IMG/VR virus record: IMGVR_UViG_2537561935_000023
Location: 1 to 25,825 of that record
Source of the DNA: a virus
Taxonomy: Duplodnaviria; Heunggongvirae; Uroviricota; Caudoviricetes
Length of the DNA stretch: 25,825 nucleotides
Direction: 5' to 3' (one strand)
A program made the position numbers and the translations under genes. Of the stretch, positions 24,457 through 25,825 are shown one piece after another (the first letter of the stretch is position 1; each line of letters starts with the position of its first letter). The notes under the pieces were generated by a model that did no database searches, was not told the origin of the DNA, and saw only the letters and a list, made by a program, of their open reading frames with translations.

Positions 24457-25449
24457 ATGCCTGAAAAAACTGGCGCTTACTGGAGTTCTCGGTTTAGCAT
24501 TGCTCCTATGCTCGACTGGACGGACAGACATTGCCGCTATTTCTTGCGTCTGCTTTCCCGCAATACGTTGCTGTATACCGAAATGGTGACCACAGGGGCG
24601 ATTATTCACGGTAAAGGTGATTACCTGGCGTACAGTGAAGAAGAACATCCGGTAGCGTTGCAACTCGGCGGTAGCGATCCGGCGGCGCTGGCACAGTGTG
24701 CGAAGCTGGCAGAAGCGCGTGGATATGATGAGATCAACCTGAATGTCGGCTGCCCGTCTGACCGGGTGCAGAACGGCATGTTTGGTGCGTGTCTGATGGG
24801 TAATGCGCAGCTGGTTGCCGACTGCGTGAAAGCGATGCGCGATGTGGTGTCGATTCCAGTGACGGTGAAAACGCGTATTGGCATCGATGACCAGGACAGC
24901 TATGAATTTCTCTGCGATTTCATCAACACCGTTTCCGGCAAAGGCGAGTGTGAGATGTTTATCATCCACGCACGTAAAGCCTGGCTTTCGGGGTTAAGCC
25001 CGAAAGAAAACCGTGAAATCCCGCCGCTCGATTATCCGCGTGTGTATCAACTGAAGCGTGACTTTCCGCATCTGACAATGTCGATTAACGGTGGTATCAA
25101 GTCGCTGGAAGAGGCCAAAGCACACCTGCAACATATGGATGGCGTGATGGTCGGGCGCGAGGCGTATCAGAATCCGGGTATTCTGGCGGCGGTAGACCGG
25201 GAGATCTTTGGTTCCTCGGATACCGATGCCGATCCAGTGGCGGTAGTGCGCGCCATGTATCCGTACATTGAGCGTGAACTCAGCCAGGGGACGTATCTCG
25301 GCCATATTCCCCGGCATATGTTGGGCTTGTTCCAGGGTATTCCTGGCGCGCGGCAGTGGCGGCGTTATTTAAGTGAAAATGCCCATAAAGCGGGTGCAGA
25401 CATTAATGTGCTGGAACACGCGCTCAAACTGGTGGCGGATAAGCGTTAA
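24457..25449 (+). CDS. dusA: tRNA-dihydrouridine synthase A (DusA), 330 aa from ATG 24457; the open frame extends upstream to 24412 into element-derived sequence
   Basis: Near-identical over most of its length to E. coli DusA as recalled (…[17 protein letters not shown]…NLNVGCP…HARKAWL…); the N-terminal about 25 residues differ from K-12 as recalled. Confidence 0.9.
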   Translation: MPEKTGAYWSSRFSIAPMLDWTDRHCRYFLRLLSRNTLLYTEMVTTGAIIHGKGDYLAYSEEEHPVALQLGGSDPAALAQCAKLAEARGYDEINLNVGCPSDRVQNGMFGACLMGNAQLVADCVKAMRDVVSIPVTVKTRIGIDDQDSYEFLCDFINTVSGKGECEMFIIHARKAWLSGLSPKENREIPPLDYPRVYQLKRDFPHLTMSINGGIKSLEEAKAHLQHMDGVMVGREAYQNPGILAAVDREIFGSSDTDADPVAVVRAMYPYIERELSQGTYLGHIPRHMLGLFQGIPGARQWRRYLSENAHKAGADINVLEHALKLVADKR

Positions 25450-25531
25450 CTTTTCACCAAAAAGTAGTCAAATTCACCACGCCCTGCGCACCGTCGCGGG
25501 GCATTTTGCTGTTAAATCAATAGATTATTTT

Positions 25532-25546
25532 TGGCATGATTCTTGT
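25532..25546 (+). promoter_or_regulatory. Candidate sigma-54 promoter of pspG (TGGCATG-N4-TTGT)
   Basis: GG/-24 and TTGT/-12-like elements with correct spacing about 37 nt upstream of the pspG ATG; pspG is a PspF/sigma-54 regulon member by established knowledge. Confidence 0.4.
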
Positions 25547-25582
25547 AATGCCAGCAAGAGATTTCATATTTGGGAGAGCATC

Positions 25583-25825
25583 ATGCTGGAACTACTTTTT
25601 GTGTTTGGCTTTTTTGTCATGCTGATGGTCACCGGCGTTTCGTTGCTGGGCATTATCGCCGCGCTGGTTGTGGCGACGGCCATTATGTTCCTCGGCGGTA
25701 TGCTGGCATTGATGATTAAGTTGCTGCCGTGGTTACTACTGGCGATTGCGGTGGTGTGGGTTATTAAGGCGATTAAAGCACCAAAAGTGCCGAAATATCA
25801 GCGTTATGACCGCTGGCGTTACTAA
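25583..25825 (+). CDS. pspG: Phage shock protein G (PspG), 80 aa
   Basis: MLELLFVFGFFVMLMVTGVSLLGIIAALVVATAIMFLGGMLALMIKLLPWLLLAIAVVWVIKAIKAPKVPKYQRYDRWRY matches E. coli PspG as recalled; canonical position downstream of dusA. Confidence 0.9.
   Translation: MLELLFVFGFFVMLMVTGVSLLGIIAALVVATAIMFLGGMLALMIKLLPWLLLAIAVVWVIKAIKAPKVPKYQRYDRWRY

Noticed and set aside
24406-24969. Minus-strand ORFs antisense to dusA (24406..24969, 24621..24884, 24994..25317)
   Set aside because: Antisense to a highly conserved host gene; no supporting features.

Overview
This window reads as an Escherichia/enterobacterial chromosome segment ending in the host genes dusA and pspG, and is mostly a decayed lambdoid prophage with two accessory islands. 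All calls are from reading the sequence and ORF track and from recalled protein families; no database search was run. Left to right: lambda-type integrase, excisionase and a large exonuclease on the minus strand; a DnaT-like replication gene; an AT-rich cargo island (about 6.1-11.6 kb) whose modules are bounded by a family of 24-bp palindromic repeats and which carries a GIY-YIG nuclease-domain gene, a 449-aa unknown, a roughly 200-aa tyrosine recombinase and a 326-aa protein with an Mrr-like nuclease motif; a nin/Q-type region (hok toxin, rem-like, ydfU-like, rusA-like, Q-like antiterminator); a late promoter/terminator and four tRNA genes; deletion remnants of the late region (pinholin N-terminus fused to the J C-terminus, truncated lom, 5'-truncated tail fibre). 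The best candidate for an undescribed system is at 20.8-22.9 kb: an AT-rich operon encoding a SLATT-like membrane protein overlapping a 456-aa reverse transcriptase, preceded by a highly structured 220-bp leader and a dinI-like gene with two LexA boxes, next to a second integrase at the dusA 5' end. No CRISPR array or rRNA was seen.
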